A DNA stretch of 64,000 nucleotides from Candidatus Daviesbacteria bacterium (GTDB taxonomy: Bacteria > Patescibacteriota > Microgenomatia > Daviesbacterales > UBA10151). Positions within the stretch are counted from its first letter, which is position 1. Each line of letters starts with the position of its first letter. Positions 10,681 to 18,920 of this stretch are shown one piece after another. Location of the stretch: positions 1,454 to 65,453 of the forward strand of contig JBEPVZ010000002.1 in assembly GCA_041690695.1 (NCBI GenBank), read 5' to 3'. Position numbers and translations under genes: made by a program. A model generated the notes under the pieces. The model was given only the letters and a program-made list of their open reading frames with translations. It searched no databases and had not been told where the DNA came from.

Positions 10681-12248
10681 AAAAGTTATTTATTTTTTCC
10701 GTCGGTTTAATTCTAGTAATTGGTATTTTTTTACGTTTTTACAATCTTGGTAATACCCCTCCTTCATTAAATTGGGACGAAGCGTCGATTGGGTATGATG
10801 CCTGGTTAATTAGTCAGACTGGGACGGATCAATGGGGAGCACATTGGCCTTTAATTTTTAAGTCATTTGGAGAATATAAATACCCCTTCCATATTTATGC
10901 GACTGCTTTAGTCATTAAATTAATAGGTTTATCAGATTTTGCGGTTAGACTGCCTTCGGCCGTAATGGGACTTGTCTGTTTAGGGCTACTTTATCTTTTA
11001 GCCAAAAGGTTAACTAACTCAAAAATTATTGCTTTAATAGCCGTTAGCTTATTATCAGTTTCGCCGTGGAGTATTCAATTTTCAAGAATAAATTGGGAAA
11101 CAAATTTTGCCTTATCATTTTTTCTGTTTGGATTATTATTGTTTTATAAGGGTTTAGAAAATAAAAGATTGTTATTTATTTTCTCTTTTTTACTTTTTGG
11201 ATTAACTATTTTTACATATAATGCGGCTAAAGTCTTTACCCCACTCTTTGTTGTCTGCTTAATCCTAATTTATCGGAAGGAATTATGGCAGCAAAAGATA
11301 ATTAGTCTTATTGGCATAGCTGTTTTTGGAATTTTTATTTTAGCTAATATTTTAAATCCTCAAATTTCTGGTTTGGTTAGGTATAGTCAGGTTAGTTTTA
11401 CTGAGGACTCAATTAAGGCCACTAATTTATATAACCTGACACATAAGCATCTGTTTGGAAAAGCTCAATTAGTTGTCGGAAGTTATTTATCTTATTATTC
11501 ACCAAAATTCTTATTTTTATCGGGCGATCCGAGTCTGCAGCATTCGACTCAAGCGGTTGGAGAAATATATTGGCTTGAAGGTCTATTCTTAATAATAGGC
11601 GTTGTCTATTTATTTAAAAACAAAAAATCGAAAATTAATCAAATTCTTCTGGCTTGGCTAATAATCGCACCTCTGGCTGGTTCTTTAACCCAAGAAGCTC
11701 CTCATGCCGGTCGGGCGATGTTTGAATTAGGTGCGCTTCAAATTATTGAGGCGATTGGTGTCTACCAACTGTACGGATTATGCAAAACTAAAGTCGCTAA
11801 ACATATATTTGCAATACTGACTCTGTCACTTTTCTTAATTAATATTAGTTTTTACAGTTATAATTACTTTTATGTTTACCCGCTTGCTGATTCTGTTGAT
11901 TGGCAATATGGATACAAAGCTTTTTATCAAAAGTATAGTCCCATTTTAAGTCAATATAACCAGATTTACTTTTCCCCACAATACGCGGAACCTTATATTT
12001 TTGCACTTTATTATTTAAAAGTTCCTGGAAACGAATTTAGATCGACGGCTATTTATAATAAAGAGAGCGAATGGGGATTTTCAACGGTAACGAGCTTTGC
12101 TAACTTTAATTTTAATAGATTTAGCGATGTTCCACTAGGTAATAATTTAATTGTTTCTGAAAAGCCAGGTCAATTTAAAGGTTACAATTTAACTGATCAG
12201 ATCAAATTTTTAGATCAATCAACCGCCTTTTATATCTATAGTCAATGA
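10677..12248 (+). CDS. GT-C glycosyltransferase, ArnT/PMT_2-like (tandem paralog 2)
   Basis: PPSLNWDEASIGYDA, GEYKYP, FAVRLPSA, SPW, PHAGR, WQYGY. Confidence 0.9.
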   Translation: MKKLFIFSVGLILVIGIFLRFYNLGNTPPSLNWDEASIGYDAWLISQTGTDQWGAHWPLIFKSFGEYKYPFHIYATALVIKLIGLSDFAVRLPSAVMGLVCLGLLYLLAKRLTNSKIIALIAVSLLSVSPWSIQFSRINWETNFALSFFLFGLLLFYKGLENKRLLFIFSFLLFGLTIFTYNAAKVFTPLFVVCLILIYRKELWQQKIISLIGIAVFGIFILANILNPQISGLVRYSQVSFTEDSIKATNLYNLTHKHLFGKAQLVVGSYLSYYSPKFLFLSGDPSLQHSTQAVGEIYWLEGLFLIIGVVYLFKNKKSKINQILLAWLIIAPLAGSLTQEAPHAGRAMFELGALQIIEAIGVYQLYGLCKTKVAKHIFAILTLSLFLINISFYSYNYFYVYPLADSVDWQYGYKAFYQKYSPILSQYNQIYFSPQYAEPYIFALYYLKVPGNEFRSTAIYNKESEWGFSTVTSFANFNFNRFSDVPLGNNLIVSEKPGQFKGYNLTDQIKFLDQSTAFYIYSQ

Positions 12249-13861
12249 AAAATTTAACGAAAATCTGCTTATTTTTGATAATTTTGCTAGCTTTTGGCTT
12301 GAGAGTTTATCAGTTGAATACAGTCCCACCGTCGCTTGATTGGGATGAGGTTGATGTTGGTTACAATGCTTTTACAATTGCCAATTATGGACATGACGAA
12401 TGGGGGAAAGCCTTTCCTCTAACCTTTCAATCCTTTGGTGATTATAAAAGTCCAGTTCATATTTACTTAACGGCTTTAGTTGTTAAGCTACTCGGATTAT
12501 CAGATTTTGCTGTTCGCTTGCCAATGGCGTTAGTTGGTACTTTGTCGGTCTTGATGATCTTTTTTCTAGCCAGGGAACTATTTAAAAATGATTATATTGG
12601 GATAATTGCGGCTTTAGTACTTGCGGTCTCACCATATAGTTTACAGTTTTCTCGATTTAATCATGAAGGGGTAGTGGCGGTGTTTGTATTTATGTTGGCG
12701 CTCTACTTGTTCTTAAAAGGAATACGACTAAAAAATTGGCTATTACCACTCGGTTTTATTTGTTTTGGAATTACTTTAATTACATATCATCCGCCTAAAA
12801 TAGTTACCCCGATTTTTTTGGTTTTATTAATCGCAATTTATTTTAAAGAACTTTTAAAAGTAAAAAAACTATTTGTGATTGGACTCTTAGGTTTAGGCCT
12901 AGTCTGTGGTTTATTCTTTCTTGATCCTAATTTAAGCGGTTTGGCTAGATCGGCTCAGACTTCAATACCAGATAGCTATTATATGCAGCAACCGATTTAT
13001 GCGGAGACACATAATCTGTTATTAGCTAAAGTAAAAGTTGATAGCGATCGCTACTTGTCTCATTTTTCTCTCAATTATCTATTTATTCATGGAGATCAAA
13101 TTGCTCGTCATTCGACCCAACTGGTTGGTGAGTTTTATATTATCGATCTATTCTGGTTATTAATCGGTGTTATTAGCTTAATTAAGCTTAAGAATAAATC
13201 AACTTTGGTAGTTTTTAGCTGGGCATTACTTGCTCCTCTTCCAGCCAGCATTACGGGTGGTATTGGAGAAGCTCCCCATGCGGCGCGAGCTATTTTAATG
13301 ATGGGCAGTTGGCATCTTATTATTGCCTTTGGTCTTTATAGTTTTATTATTTTGCTGAAAAGGCCTATTTTAAAGAAAGTTGTTCTTCTCTCGATTGGAT
13401 TGATATATCTTTTTCTAGTTGTAACATATCTAAGAGGTTATTACACGGTTTATCCGATAAAACAGGCTATTGAATGGCAGTATGGGGTAGCTAAAGCGGC
13501 TCAATATGTCAAGGATCACCCTCACCAGTACCAACGGGTTTTTGTAACTGCCGAAAGATCTCAGCCATATATATTCTTTTTATATACGCTCAAGGTACCA
13601 TTACCGGAATATTTAGATAATGTCACTCTTAATCAGGACTCGCATAAAAGTAGTAATTTAGTGTCGATTTTTTGGTTTAATCATACTCAATATAATTTCG
13701 GTAACTGGGATCCGATTGAAAGTATGCCTGATCCTAATGTACTGTACATTTTAACTCCGAGTGAGTACGATGGTTTACGACACAAAACGGATTTTGAAAT
13801 TAAAGATTTAATTAAATATCCGAGTGGAGTCGAAGCATTTTTCTTAGTTAGTAAAAAATAA
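12245..13861 (+). CDS. GT-C glycosyltransferase, ArnT/PMT_2-like (tandem paralog 3)
   Basis: PPSLDWDEVDVGYNA, GDYKSP, FAVRLP, PHAAR, WQYG. Confidence 0.9.
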   Translation: MKNLTKICLFLIILLAFGLRVYQLNTVPPSLDWDEVDVGYNAFTIANYGHDEWGKAFPLTFQSFGDYKSPVHIYLTALVVKLLGLSDFAVRLPMALVGTLSVLMIFFLARELFKNDYIGIIAALVLAVSPYSLQFSRFNHEGVVAVFVFMLALYLFLKGIRLKNWLLPLGFICFGITLITYHPPKIVTPIFLVLLIAIYFKELLKVKKLFVIGLLGLGLVCGLFFLDPNLSGLARSAQTSIPDSYYMQQPIYAETHNLLLAKVKVDSDRYLSHFSLNYLFIHGDQIARHSTQLVGEFYIIDLFWLLIGVISLIKLKNKSTLVVFSWALLAPLPASITGGIGEAPHAARAILMMGSWHLIIAFGLYSFIILLKRPILKKVVLLSIGLIYLFLVVTYLRGYYTVYPIKQAIEWQYGVAKAAQYVKDHPHQYQRVFVTAERSQPYIFFLYTLKVPLPEYLDNVTLNQDSHKSSNLVSIFWFNHTQYNFGNWDPIESMPDPNVLYILTPSEYDGLRHKTDFEIKDLIKYPSGVEAFFLVSKK

Positions 13862-13865
13862 TTTT

Positions 13866-14729
13866 ATGACAAAAATCTCTGTAGTTTTAGCTGTTTATAA
13901 TGAAGAATCAAATCTTGATGTCTGTCTTAAATCAGTTGAGGGCTTAGCTGAGGAAATAGTTATTGTTGATGGTGGCTCGAGTGATAAAACTGTTGAAATT
14001 GCCAATAAATATCGAGCTCGGGTAATTGTGACTGATAACCCGCCTGTTTTTCATATTAATAAGCAAAAAGCTCTTGAAGCAGCCAAATATGAATGGATTC
14101 TTCAACTAGATGCCGATGAGATTATTCCCAAAGCTTTATCTCAGGAAATATTGTTGGTAACAAAGATGGATCAGATTGAGCTTGAAAAATATCAACATTC
14201 GCTACCTAGTCGAAAGTTATTTTTGAGACATCAAGCTTTAGTTGCTGCCCGAGATGGGCGAGTGGGTGATGAAACGGGCAGTTATAATGCCTTCTTTATT
14301 CCTCGCTTAAATTATTTCTTAGGTAAATATTTAAAATATGGGGGTACTTATCCTGATCCAGCTATTCGGTTGGTTAAGAAGGGCTATGCGCATTTTCCAG
14401 CTAAAAGCGTTCACGAGCAGATGCAAGTTGAGGGACAAGTTGGTTGGTTAGAAAGTCCGATGTTACATCGTGATTCACCAACCTTTAGTCGTTATTTAAA
14501 GCGAAATAATCGATATATTGATTTGATGGTTAAAGAATTTAAAATTCAGCATTTGCCGAAAAGTTTTATTAACGGTTTAAACTATTTGGTTATTAAGCCT
14601 GTAGGTTGGTTTTTACTAACTTCAATTCGTCATAAAGGCCTACTAGATGGCTATCAAGGGCTTATTTTTTCGTTTTTTTCATCACTTCGCTTTCCAAGAT
14701 CTTATTGGCGATATTTATGGAGTAAATAA
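13866..14729 (+). CDS. GT2 glycosyltransferase (WaaE/KdtX-like)
   Basis: AVYNEE, VDGGSSD, LDADE, YPD..IRL, VHE. Confidence 0.9.
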   Translation: MTKISVVLAVYNEESNLDVCLKSVEGLAEEIVIVDGGSSDKTVEIANKYRARVIVTDNPPVFHINKQKALEAAKYEWILQLDADEIIPKALSQEILLVTKMDQIELEKYQHSLPSRKLFLRHQALVAARDGRVGDETGSYNAFFIPRLNYFLGKYLKYGGTYPDPAIRLVKKGYAHFPAKSVHEQMQVEGQVGWLESPMLHRDSPTFSRYLKRNNRYIDLMVKEFKIQHLPKSFINGLNYLVIKPVGWFLLTSIRHKGLLDGYQGLIFSFFSSLRFPRSYWRYLWSK

Positions 14730-15769
14730 TGAAAGTTGCGATTCAGGTAGATAAAAATAGTGGCCATAGTTTGAGAGGAATTGGCTATTATACCGACAGC
14801 TTGGTCAAGGCTTTGGAGAAGTGTCCTGATCTAGAGATTAAGCTGTTTAATAAGACAGAAGAAATAACAAATGTAGATTTAATTCATTATCCATCCTTTG
14901 ATCTGTTTAAAAAAACATTACCACTTCATCATAAATACCCCGTAGTTGTCACTATCCATGATTTGACCCCACTTTTATTTCCTAAAAACTATCCACCCGG
15001 ACTTAGAGGTCGACTTAATTTTAATCTTCAAAAGCTGGCTTTAAGAAATGTTAGTCATATAATCACTGACTCTGAGTCTTCGAAAAAAGATATTGTTCGA
15101 ATTTTAAAAATTAATCCCGAAATAGTTAATGTAATCTATCTAGCCCAGCCGGATTTTTTTAAGATAATCTCGGATAAAGCTACGCTTAAAAAGATTCAAA
15201 TTAAGTACAGTTTGCCAGAAAAATTTGGTTTGTTTGTAGGAAGTGTTAATTGGAATAAAAACTTATTGAATATGGCTGAGGCCAGTTTAATGGCGGGATT
15301 GGATCTGGTTTTAGTTGGTAAAGATTTTGAAAAGGCTCATGATCTTAACCATCCAGAGCTAAAATCTTACAAAGAGTTCTTGCATAAATACGTTGATAAT
15401 CCGAAGATTCATAAATTAGGCTTTCTCTCGGATGAAGATCTAGTTAAGGTTACAAATCTGGCGACCGTTCAGCTTTTCCCCTCTTTTTATGAGGGCTTTG
15501 GATTGCCAATCTTACAGGCTCAAGCTTGTGGTGTGCCAGTTATTACAAGTAATGTCTCCTCTATGCCGGAGGTCGCAGGAAAAGGGGCTATTTTAATTAC
15601 CCCAGGCCATGTTGGGGAGATTATCCAAGCTATCACCGATATCCAGAATAATTCTACGGTTCGTCAGAATTTAATTAAATTAGGGTTTATAAATGTAAAT
15701 AAGTTCTCTTGGCAAAAAGCGGCGCAACAGACTATTAATATTTATGAAAAAGCAGTTAAATCAAAATAA
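14729..15769 (+). CDS. GT4 glycosyltransferase (MtfB/WbpY-like mannosyltransferase subfamily)
   Basis: RGIGYY, TIHDL, SFYEGFGLPILQAQACG, SSMPEVAG, FSWQKAA. Confidence 0.9.
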   Translation: MKVAIQVDKNSGHSLRGIGYYTDSLVKALEKCPDLEIKLFNKTEEITNVDLIHYPSFDLFKKTLPLHHKYPVVVTIHDLTPLLFPKNYPPGLRGRLNFNLQKLALRNVSHIITDSESSKKDIVRILKINPEIVNVIYLAQPDFFKIISDKATLKKIQIKYSLPEKFGLFVGSVNWNKNLLNMAEASLMAGLDLVLVGKDFEKAHDLNHPELKSYKEFLHKYVDNPKIHKLGFLSDEDLVKVTNLATVQLFPSFYEGFGLPILQAQACGVPVITSNVSSMPEVAGKGAILITPGHVGEIIQAITDIQNNSTVRQNLIKLGFINVNKFSWQKAAQQTINIYEKAVKSK

Positions 15770-16862
15770 AATTTTAATCTTATTTTTAAGTTGGAGATTA
15801 AGTTTATTTATAGCGGCTTTTATCGGTGGAATTGCTTGGGCATTTCAAGGCAGCTTTCCTTATTTTCAACAAGAACTTATTATAACCGGTTTACCAAATT
15901 GGTTGTGGGGATTTGGTAACTTTGATGGAGTTCATTATTTACGAATTGCCGAATATAGCTATAGTCTAAATTTTACTCAAGTTTTTTTCCCTGTATTTCC
16001 AATCCTGATTAAAAGCTTTAGTTTTATAAGTACCTTTTGGTCAGGGTTAATAATTTCAAATCTAGCATTTTTGGGAGCACTTGGCATCTTATTTAGACTT
16101 TGGAAATTAGATTTTAGTGAAAAAGTTAGCCTTAAAAGCTTACTTTTTTTGATGGCTTTCCCAACTGCCTTTTATTTTGGAGCAATTTATACCGAATCAA
16201 TTTTTTTACTTTGGGTTGTAGCCTGTATATATTCTTTAAGAACAAATCACCTTATTTGGGCGGGTTTGTTCGGAGCTTTAGCATCTGGCACAAGAGTTCT
16301 TGGGGTATTACTTTTTGTGGTGATCTTAATTGAAGCTTGGCCGAAGATCCAAAAACTTAATTTAAAAGCTATCTTAGCTCTACTTTTGGCTCCCTTAGGA
16401 TTAATTATTTATATGGCTTATTTAGGACTCCAATTTAAAAACCCACTTTACTTTTTAACAGCTCAAGTTGCTTTTGGGGCTGATCGAAATGCTACTAAAT
16501 TTGTATTATTGCCGCAAGTTTTATTTAGGTACCTTAAAATTTTATTCTTTTCGGGAAATACCTTAGAAACTTTCTTAAGAGCTTTATTTGAACTTATTAG
16601 TACGCTGGTCGCTTTTGTCCCACTGATTTTGTTATTTCGTAAGGTTAGATTAAGTTACCTGTTATTTAGTTTTGGTTGTCTAATTATCCCAACTTTTACC
16701 GGTACTTTATCGTCAATGCCGAGGTATATTTTGATGGGTTTTTTAATAATCCCGTATTTAGTTACTGGGTTAGGACGATATTATAAAGTAGCGATTACAT
16801 TAATGTGGATATTTCAACTCATTTTGGTTAGTCTTTTTGTGAGAGGTTATTTTATTGCATGA
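15744..16862 (+). CDS. GT-C mannosyltransferase, PIG-V/GT76 (Mannosyl_trans2)-like
   Basis: NFDGVHYLRIA..Y, FFPVFP, FPTAFYFGAIYTES, TRVLG and SMPRY motifs; multi-TM. Confidence 0.85.
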   Translation: MKKQLNQNKILILFLSWRLSLFIAAFIGGIAWAFQGSFPYFQQELIITGLPNWLWGFGNFDGVHYLRIAEYSYSLNFTQVFFPVFPILIKSFSFISTFWSGLIISNLAFLGALGILFRLWKLDFSEKVSLKSLLFLMAFPTAFYFGAIYTESIFLLWVVACIYSLRTNHLIWAGLFGALASGTRVLGVLLFVVILIEAWPKIQKLNLKAILALLLAPLGLIIYMAYLGLQFKNPLYFLTAQVAFGADRNATKFVLLPQVLFRYLKILFFSGNTLETFLRALFELISTLVAFVPLILLFRKVRLSYLLFSFGCLIIPTFTGTLSSMPRYILMGFLIIPYLVTGLGRYYKVAITLMWIFQLILVSLFVRGYFIA

Positions 16863-18097
16863 AAAAATTAAAAACTGCTTTCGCTAATCCACTTTTTTCG
16901 GGAAGTTTGTTAATGATTATCGGTAGTTTAGGGGCCAGTTTTTTTAGTTATCTTTACCACCTGATTATGGGCAAAATGCTTGGGCCTGAAAGTTATGGAA
17001 TTATCGCTGCAATTTTAACATTGGCTGGATTAATTGGTCTTTTGCCAGCCTCGCTTGGGTTAGTTGTGACTAAGTTTATTTCTAGTTCTCAAACTGATCA
17101 AGATAAAAAAAACTTTATTACTTACTTTTATCGCCGGGTTGTCATTATTGGAATAATATTTGTAATTCTTCTGGTATTTTTGGCTCCCATAATTGGGACT
17201 TTTTTACACATTAATCAAACGGCATATCTTGTGATTAGTTTTTTGATGTTTTTATTTTTTATTCCAACAATGTTTTTAAGAGCCGCCCTGCAGGGTCTAC
17301 TTAAATTTAAAGAATACGTAATTAGTTTTACGCTCGAGAATTTTGCTAAAGTTTCAATCGCTACTCTTTTAGTTTTACTCGGTTTTAAGATTACCGGGGC
17401 GGTTTCGAGCCTAGTCTTAGGATGTTTTGTTGGTTTTATATTTGCATATATTTACTTAAAAAGATTTATTAAGAAGCATGAACGGACAACTACTTTTAAT
17501 TTAAAACCCGTTGCTATTTATGCAATGCCGGTTTTAATTCAGTCGCTGGCGACAACTTCAATGTATTCGACGGATCTCTTGTTAGTTAAACATTTTTTCT
17601 CATCGTTTGACGCAGGAATTTATGCGGCATTATCATTTTTAGGTCGGATTATCTTTTTTGGAGCAAGTCCGATTGCGGCAGCAATGTTCCCGATTGTCGC
17701 CAAGCGACATACCGAAGGTCAATCTTATAAAAAACTTCTTTTTTATAGTATGACCGCGACTTTGATTTTGTCATTTGGGATTTTATTAATCTATGGGTTG
17801 TTTCCAAAACTGGCGCTTGGTTTACTATATAGTTCAGCTTACTTAACCGGCGCAGGCTCTTTATTTATATTCGGAATTTTTATTACGATATTTACGCTCT
17901 CATACCTGCTCTTAAATTTCTATTTAGCGATCGGAAGGATTAAGGTTGTAATAATTCCAGTTGTTACGGCTGTCGTTCAAATTGTTGGAATTATTCTTTT
18001 TCATAATACTTTAGAAATGGTTATTGAAGTATCTTTATTTTCAAGTTTAATGTTATTTATCTCATTAGTTATTTATTACATTTTGGCAAAAATCTAA
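16859..18097 (+). CDS. Wzx/MOP-family oligosaccharide flippase
   Basis: About 12 TM; LGPESYG, TDLLLVK, AGIYAA, FP motifs of the Polysacc_synt family. Confidence 0.9.
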   Translation: MKKLKTAFANPLFSGSLLMIIGSLGASFFSYLYHLIMGKMLGPESYGIIAAILTLAGLIGLLPASLGLVVTKFISSSQTDQDKKNFITYFYRRVVIIGIIFVILLVFLAPIIGTFLHINQTAYLVISFLMFLFFIPTMFLRAALQGLLKFKEYVISFTLENFAKVSIATLLVLLGFKITGAVSSLVLGCFVGFIFAYIYLKRFIKKHERTTTFNLKPVAIYAMPVLIQSLATTSMYSTDLLLVKHFFSSFDAGIYAALSFLGRIIFFGASPIAAAMFPIVAKRHTEGQSYKKLLFYSMTATLILSFGILLIYGLFPKLALGLLYSSAYLTGAGSLFIFGIFITIFTLSYLLLNFYLAIGRIKVVIIPVVTAVVQIVGIILFHNTLEMVIEVSLFSSLMLFISLVIYYILAKI

Positions 18098-18100
18098 TCT

Positions 18101-18129
18101 TTGACTTGATGATGAGGCGTTTGTATACT
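18101..18129 (+). promoter_or_regulatory. sigma70 promoter TTGACT-N17-TATACT, 8 nt before ATG 18138 (leaderless-type)
   Basis: TTGACT at 18101-18106 and TATACT at 18124-18129; no Shine-Dalgarno between -10 and ATG. Confidence 0.75.
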
Positions 18130-18137
18130 CTTATTTA

Positions 18138-18920
18138 ATGTCACAACCGCTTTTATCAGTAATTATTCCAGCCTTTAAGCAAGCGAAGACAATTAAGGAA
18201 GATATACTTGCTATTTCAGCGGCGTTAGATCAACTCGGTCTTTCCTATCAAATGATTATTGTCGATGATGGTTCGCCAGATAAGACTTTTCAAAAAGCTC
18301 GTCAAGTTAAAAACTCTCATATTCAAGTCGTTGGTTATCCAGTTAACAAAGGTAAAGGTTATGCCGTCCGGTATGGAATGTCACGAGCAAAAGGGGATTT
18401 AATTGCTTTTATGGATGCTGGAATGGACTTAAATCCAGCCGGAATATCAATGTTACTTGAACACTTCCGATGGTATGATGCGGATATTGTGGTTGGTTCT
18501 AAGCGTCATTTAGCTTCACAAGTTAATTACCCTCCTCTTAGGCGAGTTTACAGCTTTTTTTACCAACTCATGGTTCGCTACTTATTTGGATTAAAGATTA
18601 AAGATACTCAAGTTGGCTTAAAGTTATTTAAAAGGAAAGTCCTCGAAGATGTTTTACCAAGACTTTTAGTTAAAAAGTATGCTTTCGATATTGAGATATT
18701 ATCCGTTGCTAATAAGTTAGGTTATACAAAAATATATGAAGCTCCTGTTCAACTTCGACATCAATTTTCCTCGTCAGTTAACATTAACGAGGTTTTAAAA
18801 ATGTTTAAAGATACCTTAGCGGTCTTTTATAGACTAAGAGTTCGTCACTATTATGACGATGGTAATAAAAGAAGATGGAAGCTCGATCCGGATTTAAACT
18901 TTAGAGTGAACTTAGGATGA
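18138..18920 (+). CDS. Polyprenyl/dolichyl-phosphate sugar synthase GT2 (ALG5/DPM1-like)
   Basis: VDDGSPD, NKGKGYAVRYG, VVGSKR, DTQVGLKLF, YAFDIEIL. Confidence 0.85.
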   Translation: MSQPLLSVIIPAFKQAKTIKEDILAISAALDQLGLSYQMIIVDDGSPDKTFQKARQVKNSHIQVVGYPVNKGKGYAVRYGMSRAKGDLIAFMDAGMDLNPAGISMLLEHFRWYDADIVVGSKRHLASQVNYPPLRRVYSFFYQLMVRYLFGLKIKDTQVGLKLFKRKVLEDVLPRLLVKKYAFDIEILSVANKLGYTKIYEAPVQLRHQFSSSVNINEVLKMFKDTLAVFYRLRVRHYYDDGNKRRWKLDPDLNFRVNLG

